The translations under genes and the position numbers were made by a program. A DNA stretch of 64,000 bases from Lytechinus pictus (lineage: Eukaryota), in assembly GCF_037042905.1 (NCBI RefSeq), contig NC_087253.1:21018001-21082000 (forward strand). The letters run 5' to 3'. Below, in pieces: positions 36,021 through 49,762 of the stretch. The notes below the pieces were generated by a model. It was not told where the DNA came from. It made no database searches and was given only the letters and a program-made list of their open reading frames with translations. Within the stretch, counting starts at the first letter, position 1; each line of letters opens with the position of its first letter.

Positions 36021-39000
36021 TTGACTTACTGTGCATAGGACGGTGTGTCCCTTCGCTCTCCTACGGGTGATCATTTTCCATTTAGTTCTACCCTGGGCTA
36101 GGTCTTCAGCATTCAGTAGAGGGAGACCCGCATCTCGTCTGACTGGTCCCTCCATCTGGAAGAGGGACGTCCTGGTGGTCTCCCCTTGTCAAAGTCATCT
36201 ATGTATGCCTGAACTGGAAAGCGGTTTTGTGACATACGGCATACATGCCCAAGCCACCTCAGGCGTTTTTTTGTAGCTTCCTCGCATATTGTGTTTTTGA
36301 TATGTCAGTAATCTCCTCCTGATGTCCGCATTCCTGACTTTGTCCTATAAATGTACACCTAACATGGTGCGAAGGCATCTCATTTCAAAGACTGCAAGCC
36401 TGCCTTGATCCACTTTCCGCAGGGTCCATGTTTCTGCACCATATAATGCAATAGGAAGAATGAGGGATTTGTAGATCCTTATCTTCAGTGACCTTGGGAT
36501 GTTTTGGTTGGACCAGATGTTGCTTTTTAGCCTCCCAAATGCCCAGGCGGCTAAGGAATGCGACGCTTTACATCATTCTCCACCAAGGGGACTACACTTC
36601 CGAGGAAGACAAAATAATCAACTTTGTCGATACGAGTGTCATTTAGGGTAATGTCACGATGGTCTTCAGTTATAATTCGGCACTTTGAGGCATTAATCTT
36701 CATTCCCCATTTTCGGCAGGCCTTCTCCAGGGTATCTGTTGAGAGTTGGAGTTTTTCAAAGACAAGTTCTAAAAGCGTGGTATCGTCAGCATATCTAATG
36801 TTATTAATATTCATGTTGCCCATCTTCAATCCACTTCCTAGTTTTTTTGTGTCCTCCATCACAAACTCGAGAAATAGGTTAAAGAGGCTTGGAGAAAGGA
36901 GGCAGCCTTGTCTTACGCCGACAAGAACATCAAACCTATCTGATATCTTCCCATTTACCATGACAGAAAATTTATTTTGTTTGTAAATTCTCTCTATCAA
37001 GTCAACTAGAACTTTATCCACTCCAATTGATCTCAGGCACTTCCAAAGGGATTCTCTCCAAATAGTGTCGAATGCTGCCTTAAAGTCAACAAAATTCCAG
37101 TGGACTGGCACATGTCTTTCTTTTGCTTTTTCAAGTATTATTTTGTCTGACCACGAAAATGGCATCGGTCGTTCCTCGTGAGCTGCTAAAACCACATTGT
37201 TCTTTTGCTAGATGATCATCGATGGTTGCCTGAATTCTATTAAGAATCATTCTGCAAGAAACTTTTCCAGGCATAGATAGCAACGTGATCGCTCTATAAT
37301 TAGCTGGATCTAGTTTGTGTCCTTTCTTGTTTACAGGAGTTATAAGACCCCTGCTCCAGTCTTGAGGAGTTTTACATTCAGACCATGCAACATTGATGAT
37401 TTTGAGTAGAAACTCTCTCATTTTCAGACCTCCTGCTTTCAGAGTTTCAGCAGCTATCTTGTCCCAACCGCATGCTTTGTTGTTTTTAAGCAGTTTTATA
37501 GCAGACTCTGCTTCCTCTATTGTGAATGGACTACTTTGAGTGTTTGCTGGTGGTGGATCAGGAATGCCTTGTAGAGCATCTTCATCCCGAGGAAATTTAG
37601 TGTTCAGATGGGAATCAAAATGCTGTTTCCAACAGTCCAGCACGTCATGGGGTGCGGTTTTTAGAACACCATTTTTATTCTTTATTGCGAGCTGTACTTT
37701 GTCTCTTTCCCCAGCTAGCTTCTTCACTTTTCATTCTTTGCCTGAGCAGTTTCCATTTCTTTGACATCCATTTCGAGAATTGTCTTTTTCTACTCTCTTA
37801 CTTCATACTTGACTTTCTTGTTAATTGTTCTGTAAGTTTTCTTATTCTTTGTGCTGGGGTTATTTAGCCAAAGCGTTCTCGCTTTCCGTCGCTGCTCACA
37901 AGCTTTCCTTACATCCTCCGGGAGACCTTTCACTTCCTTAGATTTCTTGAATCCAACTATCTCTTCCGTTATGGTGTTAGTTGTGTCACGGAATTTAGCC
38001 CACAGCCCTTCGACATCTGTGTCTGGGAGTTGGATAAGTGGTTCAAATGCACCACCGATCTTGGCTTAGAACTCTTCCTTACTGACAGGATCATGGAGTC
38101 TACAGACATTGTATATCCTAGGAAGGGTTTTTGTTTTCTTGACCTTTTTATGTTGGAAATTGACATTCCCTATTACTAAGTTGTGGTCTGACCCTATATC
38201 GGCTGAGCAGAAAGACCTGCAGTTCTGAAACAACTTAGTATTTTCCACTTTCGTAATAATGAAGTCGATCTGGTTCTTGTATTGGCCACAATGAGATGTC
38301 CATGTTGACTTCCTGCAATATTTGTGTTGGAAGTAGGTTTTACACACAGCCAGTTTGTGGAACATGTAGAATTCCAGCAGTTTCTCTCCTCTGCTGTTGA
38401 TCTGCCCCAGACCATACTTTCCCAATGCTGGGGCCCATGTTCCAAAGTCTGTTCCTACTTTAGCGTTAAAATCTCCCATCAGAATAATATTCTCCTTCTT
38501 AGGGATCTTTTGTAGGTTAAATTGTAGTATATCATAGAATTTGTCATTTTCTTCATCACTGCTGTAGCGGTTGTGGGGGCATACACTTGGACAATATTCA
38601 ACATGCCGTCGTTCATCTTGATCTTTGCTGTGATGATTCTTGGGGAGACAGCTTCATATGACTCCAAGCATAGCGACAGTCTTTGTGCAATCACTATTCC
38701 CACACCTTCTCGACTGATGTCTCTTCTACTTGACAGCAGGATGGTGAATTCCTCTTTCTCTGTAAATGTCTCAGAACCAGTGAGGTGTGTTTCAATTAGA
38801 CCCAGGATATCAAGATTAAACTTCTTCATTTCATCAACTAGAATATCCCAGTTGCCTGCTGTCCTCATTGTACGTACATTCCATGTTCCTAGACTTACAG
38901 TTGCTAAGTTTTTTATACGGTTCGTACCTGGCTCACTTTTGTTCTTGATGGTCTTGTCGTGTCCTTTCTTTCTATTCAATGTCTGGTATTTGGCCACATT

Positions 39001-39480
39001 TTGGCTACTTACAATGTCTGTAGAAGATGTATCTACAGTGTTTTTCTTTGCTCTTTTGTTGACGTTGTCTGCAGTCGTTGACTTCCTAAGCTCCTTCCTC
39101 TTCCTGGTTCCTTTCCTTATTGCTGCTGTTGATCTTGATGCTGACGTATTCTCGGGTACCTGTAGGGATGGCAACAAAATCTCCGGTGGATTTTTAGCAC
39201 CCCTGCCACTCTGTTGCCATTGGGCAGCCGCCGGGACTCGGGGCCTAAGCCTAGGTTTGTCTTTCATGGTAGGTTTTGTAGGAGTTATGACCTGGATGGT
39301 GAAGCTGGGCACATGGTCATTGACTTCCCAGCCTGAGCAAGATGTTCCGCTTTTATAAAAAAGGAGGTGGTCACCACCCTCCCCCTAGTGGTTTGTTCGG
39401 GTTTACCTTCCCTGCCCAGAGCCCCTGTCTGTTACCCCGGCTGCAAAGCCAGGGATATCCAGTTGGTAGCAGCAATGAGG
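36021..39480 (-). mobile_element. RTE-clade non-LTR retrotransposon, near full length, frameshifted (APE + RT)
   Basis: SLGTWNVRTM, VQVYAPT, MGDFNAKVG, NYRAITLLS, DFKAAFD, GVRQGCLLSP and YADD split over several ORFs; TAAGTCAA tail. 5' boundary approximate. Confidence 0.9.
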
Positions 39481-39898
39481 TAGGGGTTGAGTTACATATA
39501 GAGAGGCGATTATGGACAAGTAGGCTTATGGGTGCTACTATAACATACAGCAGGGAGAGGAAGAGTATATAGACGAAAGAGAATAGCAACAGGGACAGAG
39601 ATGCAAGGGTACATGCAAGAGGAAGTGGGCAATTAGGAAAAGGCGACTCCAGCCGAAGTTTCGCATCAGTATGCTGAACCAAACATGAATAATTATGAGC
39701 AAATATTTCGAGCACCTTTATCATAACAAACAAGTCTGAAATATCGACCCACGTAGGTATTTCGATTTACATGTAATAGGGAGATGGGAAACTTTGATTT
39801 CACTGCCAAGTATACTGAAAGAGCAAACGGAACAGCAATAGAGTTTTTCTATAATATGGAAATAGTAAGTGTATCAACGACACTCTTGAAGAAAATAC

Positions 39899-40035
39899 TT
39901 AAAGACCTCTGTTCGTCCGTTTGGTCTTCGCCTCAACGCAGATATAAATCGTAATTGTTACACCGATGATTCCAACGAGGCTCCCAAGGATACGGAAGAC
40001 TGCCCTGTATGATCCAAAATAATTATGAAGGAAAC
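39899..40035 (-). CDS. SLC16/MCT-like gene, exon 4 (stop); total CDS 1434 nt, 477 aa
   Basis: tttccgcaag|, GFLHNYFGSYRAVFRILG (MCT GxLxDxxGSY motif variant), TAA at 39901-39899. Confidence 0.88.
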
Positions 40036-41147
40036 CTTGCGGAAATAAAAAGAAGATAATTATTACCACGGGCGTAAATCTAATCCGGGAGTTGGCAGTA
40101 TAGAAGGGGGGTATCATAATACGCCCGTACTGTAGACTGTCATTATTTCGATTCTAATCTTATGGAACACTAACGTCAGTAAACCGATTCCAGACCATGT
40201 GATAATTCCATAAGAAATGGGGGGGGGGGGGGTTATATATGGATTTCTTTTTTGGAACCACGGTGCTCTTTCATTCATAAAATGTTAGAATGTACTTTTT
40301 GAAAAAAATATGTATAATAATGTACTTTAAAAAATGATAAAACATAAATTTCATTCGTCATTTTCTTTTATATTACACTTTTTTGTTCTCGGGAAGAAAA
40401 AGAAATCATGGTACATCTCTAATGTGTGTGTTTCTGCATGATCAATTTTGGAATTGGTCGAAAACCACTGCTGTTACAATATTTCAGAACTTACAAAATT
40501 AATCTAAGCTGGATTGATTTTGTTAGTGTCAACATGGTGGTCTATGATGAAAGGGGCATATCATTTGGGGCACGATTTAGATAATTTTTTACCATGATTA
40601 TTCTCGGCTGACACTATACTAAGACAAGGCCAATTGTGGCTTGACTATCATCCAGTTGCGACCAGCTATCATGTCAGCTATAAGTATCTACTTTAATATT
40701 TCGACTAATAGACCCTTCATATGGTTGCCTGTTATCATGGCTACTTATTACTATCTTTCTCCTATATCCTATCGAAGTGTTACATATAGACATTATAGAC
40801 GTTTATGATCGGACCATTGAGTTGTATCACTTTCATCATGACCAAGTAATGATACATAAACATTTCTGGACCCGTGCCCTCACACACGTACAATAATACA
40901 CAAACACTCATATCCAATCCAATCCAACACACACATACACACCCACACACACACCCTCACACGCCCTAAGTCGAAAAAAAAAGTCCATGAATTAAATATA
41001 GCTAGATACAATGCAAAAGAAAACAAGACTTGCCCATCTTACATGTACACACGGCTATCAATAATGGGAAATCCTCTTTAATTTTGAAATGGTTATTTCT
41101 ATCTTAGCTTTTAGCTTGTTCCCTTAATATTGAGTGTGTATATTTAC

Positions 41148-42104
41148 CTGTAAGTACTCCAGAAGCAAAAAAAGAGGCCCCGGTTACCATCAGGGAGCAA
41201 GCAATGGCCTTTGGGAAATTCTCTTTCCGGACCTTCAAAGAAATAACTCCGTCTAATGTTGCATATGCATTGTAGAAACCCATCCCGGCGAGAAAGGAGC
41301 AGATGCATAGATAGGTCGGAGAAGAATTGATAGGATACACCAGGAGCGATATGGATGATATCAAGAGGCTTGTTGGCAGCAATGGTATTGTTAACAATGG
41401 GTACTTATACAGAGATGCTACGAGGAAGAGTCTTCCGATGATGCCGCCAACGGAACCCATCATGACTAAGAACACGGCTGTGTTTTGGGGTAATCCTTCG
41501 GCTAACCCGTAGGGGAACAGAAACACTGACCAACCCATGTACGACAGGTCGAAAAAGACCTGGCATGGAAGTAGAAGGCATGCAAAAACGCGTTCCTTTT
41601 TAACAAAATCTAGGGCATCAAGCATGGTGTTTCGGATCATGCTGAACATTCCTTCTCGAAGATTTGGGCTTTTCTTCATCTGTCCAGTGTTTGGATCAGA
41701 CTGTAAATCTTGGGGGCTACTCGCTGTGGCTGTTATTTCGTTGCTCTGAAGCTGATCATCGTTCCTAGTTCGAAGTGGCACACGTTCGCACCCGGCGTCA
41801 TCACTGTCGTTCCCTGTAGACAGTTCAGACAAGGATGTTCCACTTTCAGATTGGCATTTCGGCATGTTCGGAGAGGAACGCAGCGTTGCTCCTATTGGTA
41901 CCCAATGAAACATCATAGCGCTAAGGATCAAGAAGCTCCCTCTCGGCCCATAGGCATCCATACTCATCGAGGTCAGGTATGGCATTACGAAAGTCCCAAT
42001 TTGACTCCCCATCTTCGTGATTGCCGAAGCTAATCCGAAATTGTCTCTGTGATATTGGTAAAGCACTTCACTCGATCCTTGGTTCAACGGGGAAGCGAAG
42101 AGAC
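41148..42104 (-). CDS. SLC16/MCT-like gene, exon 3
   Basis: ccgtag|, 957-nt open exon with several TM helices and a large polar central loop, G|gtaaat. Confidence 0.9.
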
Positions 42105-42612
42105 CTACGGTTGAAGATATCAATTATGGAAAAGAAGATAATTATCTAAACATAGCATTTACTTGCTGCTGTAACTTTGACTCAATACTTTTTTTTAAAT
42201 TTGAATGTTACATGGTACTACTAAACAACTCACATTATTTAACCCGTAAGTTTTAGAAGGTTAACAATTTACTAGTTCGTGACATATTGTATAATTATGG
42301 AGTAAATTTTGAGAGCCTCTCCTCCCCCATGTCCTTTGTAAAAAAAAATATTCCGTGACACGTAGTGGGAACTTTCAAATGTTCCTCAAATTATATGAAG
42401 AGGTTCTGCATGAGTATAGTTACTTCAAGCCCGTTTAAGATGTAGCTTAAAGGGGAAGTTCACCCTGACAAAAGTTTGGTTTCAATAAAAACATTAAAAA
42501 AAAGAAATATATTGGTGAAGGTTTGATGAAAATCCATAAAAGAAAACGAGTCATAACAATTTTTAATTGTTTTTTTTTCAGTTTGTGCCGTCATATGCGA
42601 GCGGCTCTCTAT

Positions 42613-45600
42613 CTTTTTTTTTAATTTATTCATTCATTCATTTATTTATTCATTTTTCCAACAAATTTTACAATGCAATAATAACAATATATAAAACATA
42701 ACATCAGACAATATAAATGACATAAATATTCAAATAAACCAAATATAAAAAATATACACTTGATACAGAAGATAATATTTCCAATTTGATAATAATATGC
42801 AAGATATGTTGGAAAAATGGAGTGGCCCACTAAAAAGCAAAGCTTGTAAATGGTGGACCACTCAAAAAGAAAAAAAAAGTATAACGTATAACACTTCAAT
42901 CTATATGGGCCCAAAAAAAGCAGCAATACAAAAAAGATAATGAAATAAAGATATAAAAAAATAATTATAAAGATATGAAAAAATAATTGTAATAAATGAA
43001 ATAAATATTAAAGGTGAGCAGAGACAAACAAGACATGAATACACAACAAAGCAAAACAACAACAACAAAAGATAAGACACACAAACAGAGTAAAAATAAA
43101 CAAACATTGCTGCACAAACTGCGAAAATCCGAAGAAGGGAGAAATGAAGAGAAAGGCAAAGAGAGAGGAGAGAGAGAGAATGAGAGAAGTGTAGTCAATC
43201 TAACACAACTACCGAGGGTAACCTGTAAACAGGTAAACAATAAATAAATAAATATATCATAGAGGTAAAGGAATCAATGTGGGGTTTTGTAAGACTGCAA
43301 CAAAATGAATTTTAATTTTCTTTTAAAAGAATTAAGAGAAGGGGAAAGCTGGATATCAGGGTGAAGAGAATTCCTAAATTTTGGGCCACTATATATAAAT
43401 GTATTTTGGGCGAACAGCGTTCTGAGCATAGGAAAATGAAGGTCATCGCGACGTCTAGTAGGGTAATTGTGTGAGGAGCTGTTTTTTAAGAACATGTCAT
43501 GAAAAATAAAAGGAAGCATATTATTATTGTATTGGTACATAAATTGGCCAAGCTGGAGTAGGTAAAGATCACTGATCTTCAAAATTTTGTTTTCGAAAAA
43601 AATAGGATCAGTGTGGGAACGTGCATGAGAAGAAAAAATAATCCGAAGTGCTTTCTTTTGCAGCAATAAAATCCTGTTAAGTAAAGTTTGATGTGCGTTT
43701 CCCCATATAAGAAGACCGTAGTGAAGATATGGTTATACTAAAGAAGAGTAGAGTGTTAGTAAGGAAGTCGACGGGAGGAACATTCTTAATTTATTCATGA
43801 CACCAATATTACGAGAAATTGTTTTGCAAATACTGTCAATATGACACTTCCAAGAAAGTTTATTATTTACAGTGACACCTAAAAATTTAATATTCGATAC
43901 ACATTCCAATTGAAAATATCAAACTTAATACTGTTAGGTAATGAATTTAAGGTGTTACTGTACAACATGTATTTTGTTTTTTCAATATTAAGAGAAAGTT
44001 TGTTACTTCTAATCCATTCGAGTATTTTAGACAGTTCTTGATTGATTGTTTGAACAAGAGTGTGTGGGTCTTTATCAGAAATAAATAAATTGGTTTCATC
44101 AGCAAAGATTATGAAAGACAAAATTTCAGATGATCTGCAAAAATCGTTAATATATATTATGAAAAGAAGAGGTCCCAAAAGGCTTCCTTGTGGCACACCG
44201 CAATTAATGTCACATAAGTTGGAAGAATGGTCATTCAATGAAACAAATTGTTTTCGATTGGAAAGGTAATTCCTGAACCACTCCAAGGCCTTGCCACATA
44301 TACCATAATGAAAAAGTTTGCTAAGTAATATTTCGTGGTTGATTGTATCAAAGGCCTTGGAGAAGTCCAGGAATATACCAACCATATGAGAAGATTTATC
44401 TAAGGCACGAGCTACCTTTTCAATGAATGACAACAGAGCATGAACGGTACTGTGTTTTTCTCTAAAGCCGAATTGAAAATTTGAGAATATATCATGATCT
44501 TTTAAGAAAGTGAAAGTTCGAACATATATGATTTTTTCTAAAAATTTTGAAAAACACGGTAGTAAAGAGATTGGACGATAATTATTAACACTCAGCCTGT
44601 CCCCCTTTTTATACAATGGGATAACTTTAGCGATTTTCATAGAATCAGGAACTTGCCCGTTAATTAAAGATAAATTAGAAATATGAACTAGGGGAACAAC
44701 AATGAATGGAATAATTGATTTTACTATAATATTATTAATATCGTCATATCCAGAGCTTTTCTTGTTGCCTAAGTTAGAAACAATGTCCATGACTTCATGA
44801 TCATGCGTTGGATTTAACAAGATCGAGCTTGGGTTGGAGGGACCAAGAAAATCAGAGAAATGCCCGCGAGAGGGCGGTATATTGTTGGCCAAATTTTTAC
44901 CTATGGAAGAAAAATGAGTATTAAAAGCATTTGCTACGTTACCAAAATCTTGAATAACCATATCATTTGATGATATTTTTGTAATGTCAATTTTGTTATC
45001 CGCTATGTTCATGGCTTGTTTAAGAATTTTCCAAGTATTTTGCATATCATGTTTATGTAATTCTAGTTAATTAGTAAAATATTTTTTCTTTTCTAAGCGA
45101 ATTATTCTCGTCAATGTGTTTTTGTAAGATGTATATTTATCTCCATTTTGTTCAGTAGGTTTTGATTTGTATTTATAATATAGGTTATTTTTTCGATTTA
45201 TTGAACGAAGTAAAGATTTTGATATCCAAGGAAGTCTAGGAGTTTTCTTGTAATCATTGTTGTTGTTCTTTCTTTGTTTTGGAAGAAAGGTATCTATGTG
45301 CCTATTAAGTAAAGTAATGAAATTATCATATGAAGAGTTAACATCAGTTGAATCAAGAACACAAGACCAGTCCACATTTTCTAAACTATCATTCAATCTG
45401 GATAAATTCCGTGCGTTAACTATACGTCGTAGAGGGCGGGGGCCGTGAATATTATTGGGTTGCGATAATTTGTAGGAAGTCATTATCGGGTAATGATCAG
45501 TTGTATCTGAAAGAATAATGTATGAATCAGGATGAGGAACAACATTGGAAAAAATATTATCAATTAAAGTACTAGATAAATTTGCAACACGAGTGGGTTT

Positions 45601-47812
45601 GGTAACGAGTGGCAAGAAAGAGGCAGACAAAAACGTTTCTATAAACTCATGTGCAATATTATTAGAGGCACATTTAAGAATATTCATATATTAAAATCTC
45701 CCATAATCAAACATTTTTATTTTTAAACATATTATTCCGAAGTATGTCAGATAAACGAGCAATAAACTCGTTACCATTAGAGCTGGGAGGGCGGTAAACA
45801 ACACCTACAATAACATTCCTACCGCCTGAAACTTCAATTTCTAGAAAAAGAGATTCCATTATATCATTACTAATTGAAATTGTTTCGTGGACAAAATAAC
45901 GGAATTTATGAAGAATATACAACGCGACGCCTCCACCAATCTCCCCTGTCGGTTTTTAGTAACAAGGGTATAATTGTCAATAGAAAGTGAAAGGTTGGAG
46001 TTCTGTGAAAGCCAAGTCTCTGTTACACCTATAACAGATAATGGTTTAGGAAAGGGATTATTTAAAAGCAACTGTAATTCATCAAAGTGTTTGTTCAGGC
46101 TTCTTATATTAAGATGAAGAAGAGAGAGTGTGTCACAATTAAAGTTCATGGTAATGTTGTCAAATTGAGAAACTGTAATATATTTACTAAAATGGTTATT
46201 TGCTGGATCGTGTTGACCAAGATTAAGCAGCAACTATTCGGCCGATGAATTGATTTGATCAGCTATAGAATCATCATAAGTACCTAGAGAATTTGATGGA
46301 GTTGTGCTGCTTGGAATAAGAGAGGACCTGAACAAATCAAATAAATCATCGTCTGTTATAGAGCTAAAAGCAATATGATCATTCAGCGTAGCCATGGCAA
46401 AACGGTGAATTTCCAGAAACGGTGAATTTCCAGAAACGGTGAATTTCCAAAACGGTGAATCTTACTCAGAAAAATGATCTGAATATAGAACTTGGCTGTG
46501 AATGTACATTTCAGCAATGACAGTTACACAGTTAAAATAAGGAAGAGAAATAACAAGAGCAAATGACAGATCAATTAGGAGATGGAAAACATGAGAAGGG
46601 TGTCATCCTGGGGCTGGACTAACCTGGTACAGTAATGAATCTTTAGGCATAACCAGAGGCTGAACTGAAAGAGTCGTGGCCTGCATGATGAGAAGTGTCC
46701 CGGGATGTTTCCTCAAAGTTGTAGGCATTTCTCCACGAAGACGCCACTTGCCAGCGTAGAAACGCATTCTTACACCTTGTGTGTAAAGCGATTGAACCTG
46801 TTTCGCCCATTTACGCTTTTCGTGAAGATCAGCGCTCGTGAGATCATCGATGATGAAGAATTTTTCTTTTTTCAGAACATCGCGAGCTTTTTTCATAACT
46901 TCAACTTTGTCACGGTATGATAATAGCTTCACTAAGATGTGACGGGGTTTTCCGGAAACCTTCTTTCCGTCGCGGTGGGCCCGCTCAACCTTCGAGCTGA
47001 TACCGAAGAGCGATCGAAGCTTATCTTCAACTATCGCGATACAATTTTCGCTTTGTTGGGGCTGGGATGTTGCTCCGATGTCATCCGAACGCGATGTAGG
47101 CTCTGTCTCATCTATCCCGACGATACGGATGTTGTTTCTCCTCGAGAACCGTTCACTCTTGTTAACTGCTGCCTCGTTCTTAACAGCATCAGCACGTAGT
47201 TTAGAAACCTCCTGTTCTAAGACCTGTAGTTTAGCTTCCAGGCGTTGCTGGTGATCCTGGAGGGCATTGACCCTTTGGCGCTCGTATTCAACAGAAGCCC
47301 CAAGAAGAGATTCCACGGCCTCGATCTTTTTAGCCAGCCGATCAACTGCTTTTTCGAGCATTCCTTCGAATTTCTTTGTTAAGAAAGATTCGTATTTAGA
47401 AGGCATGTATTCATCATGAATAAGGCGATCGGGCTGATCGACGCTGACAGGTGTTGCCATGGCGACCGGTTTGGCGGGGCTTGACCTGCTCAGGCTCTCA
47501 GAACTCGGGCTCGATAACGGATCCACAGCAGGCTGGTCAGCCAGAGTTTTCGGCGAGAATGGATTCGGCCTCTTGTAGGTCGATTTAGAAGGTGGGCCTG
47601 TTTGAGCTTGCTTGGCACTCTTAATCGATTTTTGTGACTTACGCAAATCGTACGACATAGCTCCTTCAAGACACCCAAACAGTAGATGAACAGCAGTCCA
47701 ATGGCTAATGTGAGAAGGCAAATAAATTGTCAAATGCGGCTAAAAATCCTCAAAAAATAGGAAATATCAGGAGAGACGGAAAATCCGTGTTCGATCAAGA
47801 CAGCGCCATCTT
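42613..47812 (-). mobile_element. Near full-length CR1/L2-group (Crack-like) LINE with L1-type ORF1 and disrupted ORF2
   Basis: ORF1 46603-47733 has a coiled coil plus SRRNNIRIVG and ERAHR RRM motifs. ORF2 pieces: HLNIRSL, VYRPP, KPTR, NYRPISLL, DFSKAFD, GVPQGSLLGP, FADE, LQKKALRII. A-rich 3' tail. Confidence 0.9.
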
Positions 47813-48249
47813 AAAAAAAAAAATTAACCTGACATGGAGGAGCTGCTCACCTGTGACATCACAATATAAAAAAAAAAACTATTAAACAAATCATAACACC
47901 GTTGTACTCTGACGGTTTGTCATCAGACCTTTACCAATATTTTTTTTCTGCTTTTATTGAAACCAGTAAAGTGACAGGATCTTCATTTCAACTCTGGAAG
48001 ATTCAATGAGAACTTACAAGACTCTTGCAAGAGACCTTTCTACTGTTCAGCATGGTGGTTCCATATTAAACACTTTTCACATTAATTAGTAAGAAGACCA
48101 AAAAAGTTAATCCATCATTTTGGGGGAAACAGCGACTTGATATCTTGCTTTGAAGTAATGTTTAAAAAATATTTGTGTTTACTATTGGCAGTTTGAATTT
48201 ACAATGATATAATTGTGAAGGGGGAGGGGATCAAACGATGTATAATCAC

Positions 48250-48390
48250 CTGTGAAGAATAGTAGGCAAGCAAGAGAGGATGCCGTCTTGCAGAATGTTC
48301 CTGCCATGAACGAAATTGCAGCTAGAGTGCCTCCTATTGTTGCCACCGGACGAGAACCAAACGTTTGGTTCAGAAAATGACAGAGTGGAC
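48250..48390 (-). CDS. SLC16/MCT-like gene, exon 2
   Basis: tttgtatag|, SPLCHFLNQTFGSRPVATIGGTLAAISF (MCT loop FGxRxV), G|gtgatt; 141 nt phase 1-1. Confidence 0.88.
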
Positions 48391-49167
48391 CTATACAAAA
48401 AATCAAAGCATTATTCTACTTCCATGGGTTACGTTATCAGACAGGAAGAACCAGCCAGCTACACGAAATGATAATGAGATTTTCACGACCTCAAAATTTC
48501 GATAGGTCCTAGCTGCCTCTCTTTTAGCATGTTTCGAAGTATACGCCTGTTTTTAATCTAATTGTAAAAAAGTATTAACTTCTCAATAAACAATAATGTT
48601 ATGATACCCATACCTAATTTCTCAAAATTTGAAATATGAATAAATATGAATTCAGTCTTTCTGATGTTACGAGTCTTCCTAAACATGGTAAAAGTCATTA
48701 TTAATCTGTTTTTTTAATAGGGAGATATGTCTCCGTCCTTTTCAGTATAGAGAAAATGAGAGGGCGGAAAATGGCAAATGCAGAGGTTCAACATCCGTTT
48801 GAAAAAGTAGCGAGCGAGCTTCAGAAAGTAATATCACATTAAACCTTTCCCTATCGTGTTCTTTTTTTTACTTCTAATCTTTTTTAGTTTGTTTTTCTTA
48901 GACACGGACTTTTCTCTCTTTTTTTTGGGGGGGGGGGGGGGGGGGGGATGGTGGCAAGTGCCCAACCACCCATCTAAGCGCAAGGGTTTCTCCCTGAGCT
49001 TTATCGAATGCGAGTGACCTTTTTGTTGTTGAGGTTTTTAGTCTGCGCAGACTATTAGTAAATCACAGAATTTAATACAAAATGTTATGTTAAACATTAA
49101 GGAGAGTGGATTTCTTTTTCTGATTGACCCCATTTGGCAAAAGAATTGATATGCATGTTTACTATTT

Positions 49168-49762
49168 TTAAAGGACAATTCCACTCCAACAAAAAGTTGA
49201 TTGAATCAAAAGAGAAGAATCCAAGTTTTATCAAAATCGGATGTAAAATAAGAAAGTTATGACATTTTTAAGTTTCGCATAATTTCACAAAACAGTATTA
49301 TATTCACATCCTGGTTGGTATGCGAATGGAGGGGGGAGGGGGTGGACTGATGAAATTACTCACTCAGTATTTCTTTAGTATTTTATTATATGAAATATGA
49401 ATTCTTCAAATTTTCTCCCTGCTGTCCTGTCAAACAAAGTTTTATTCCTCCCTGAACATGTGGAATTACCATTGTTTTAACATTTTATGGATCAATCAAG
49501 TTGGTCCTTATTGTCAAATCTGTAAAAATTGAAATGTTGTATAATTCAAACAATAAAATGCTAAAGAATTAGCCAGTGAGTGACATCGACATTCATTTGC
49601 ATGCCACTAATATAACTGTTTTGTGAAAAATAAGCGAAGTTTTAAATTGTCGTAACTTTCTTATTTTACATCAAATTTCGATGAAATTTTCAGCGTTATG
49701 CTTGTTTGATTTTTTTCTGTTGATTAAAATCAACATTTTTCTGTGGTGGACTTGACCATTAA
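49168..49762. mobile_element. Kolobok/T2-type foldback MITE
   Basis: TTAAAGGACAATTCCAC...GTGGACTTGACCATTAA; homologous to 20584-21150 and about 1440-1890. Confidence 0.8.

Noticed and set aside
38573-39358. 261-aa + strand ORF
   Set aside because: Antisense shadow of the RTE ORF.
39150-39660. HDV-like ribozyme in the RTE leader
   Set aside because: Hairpins are present but the nested double pseudoknot could not be fitted manually.
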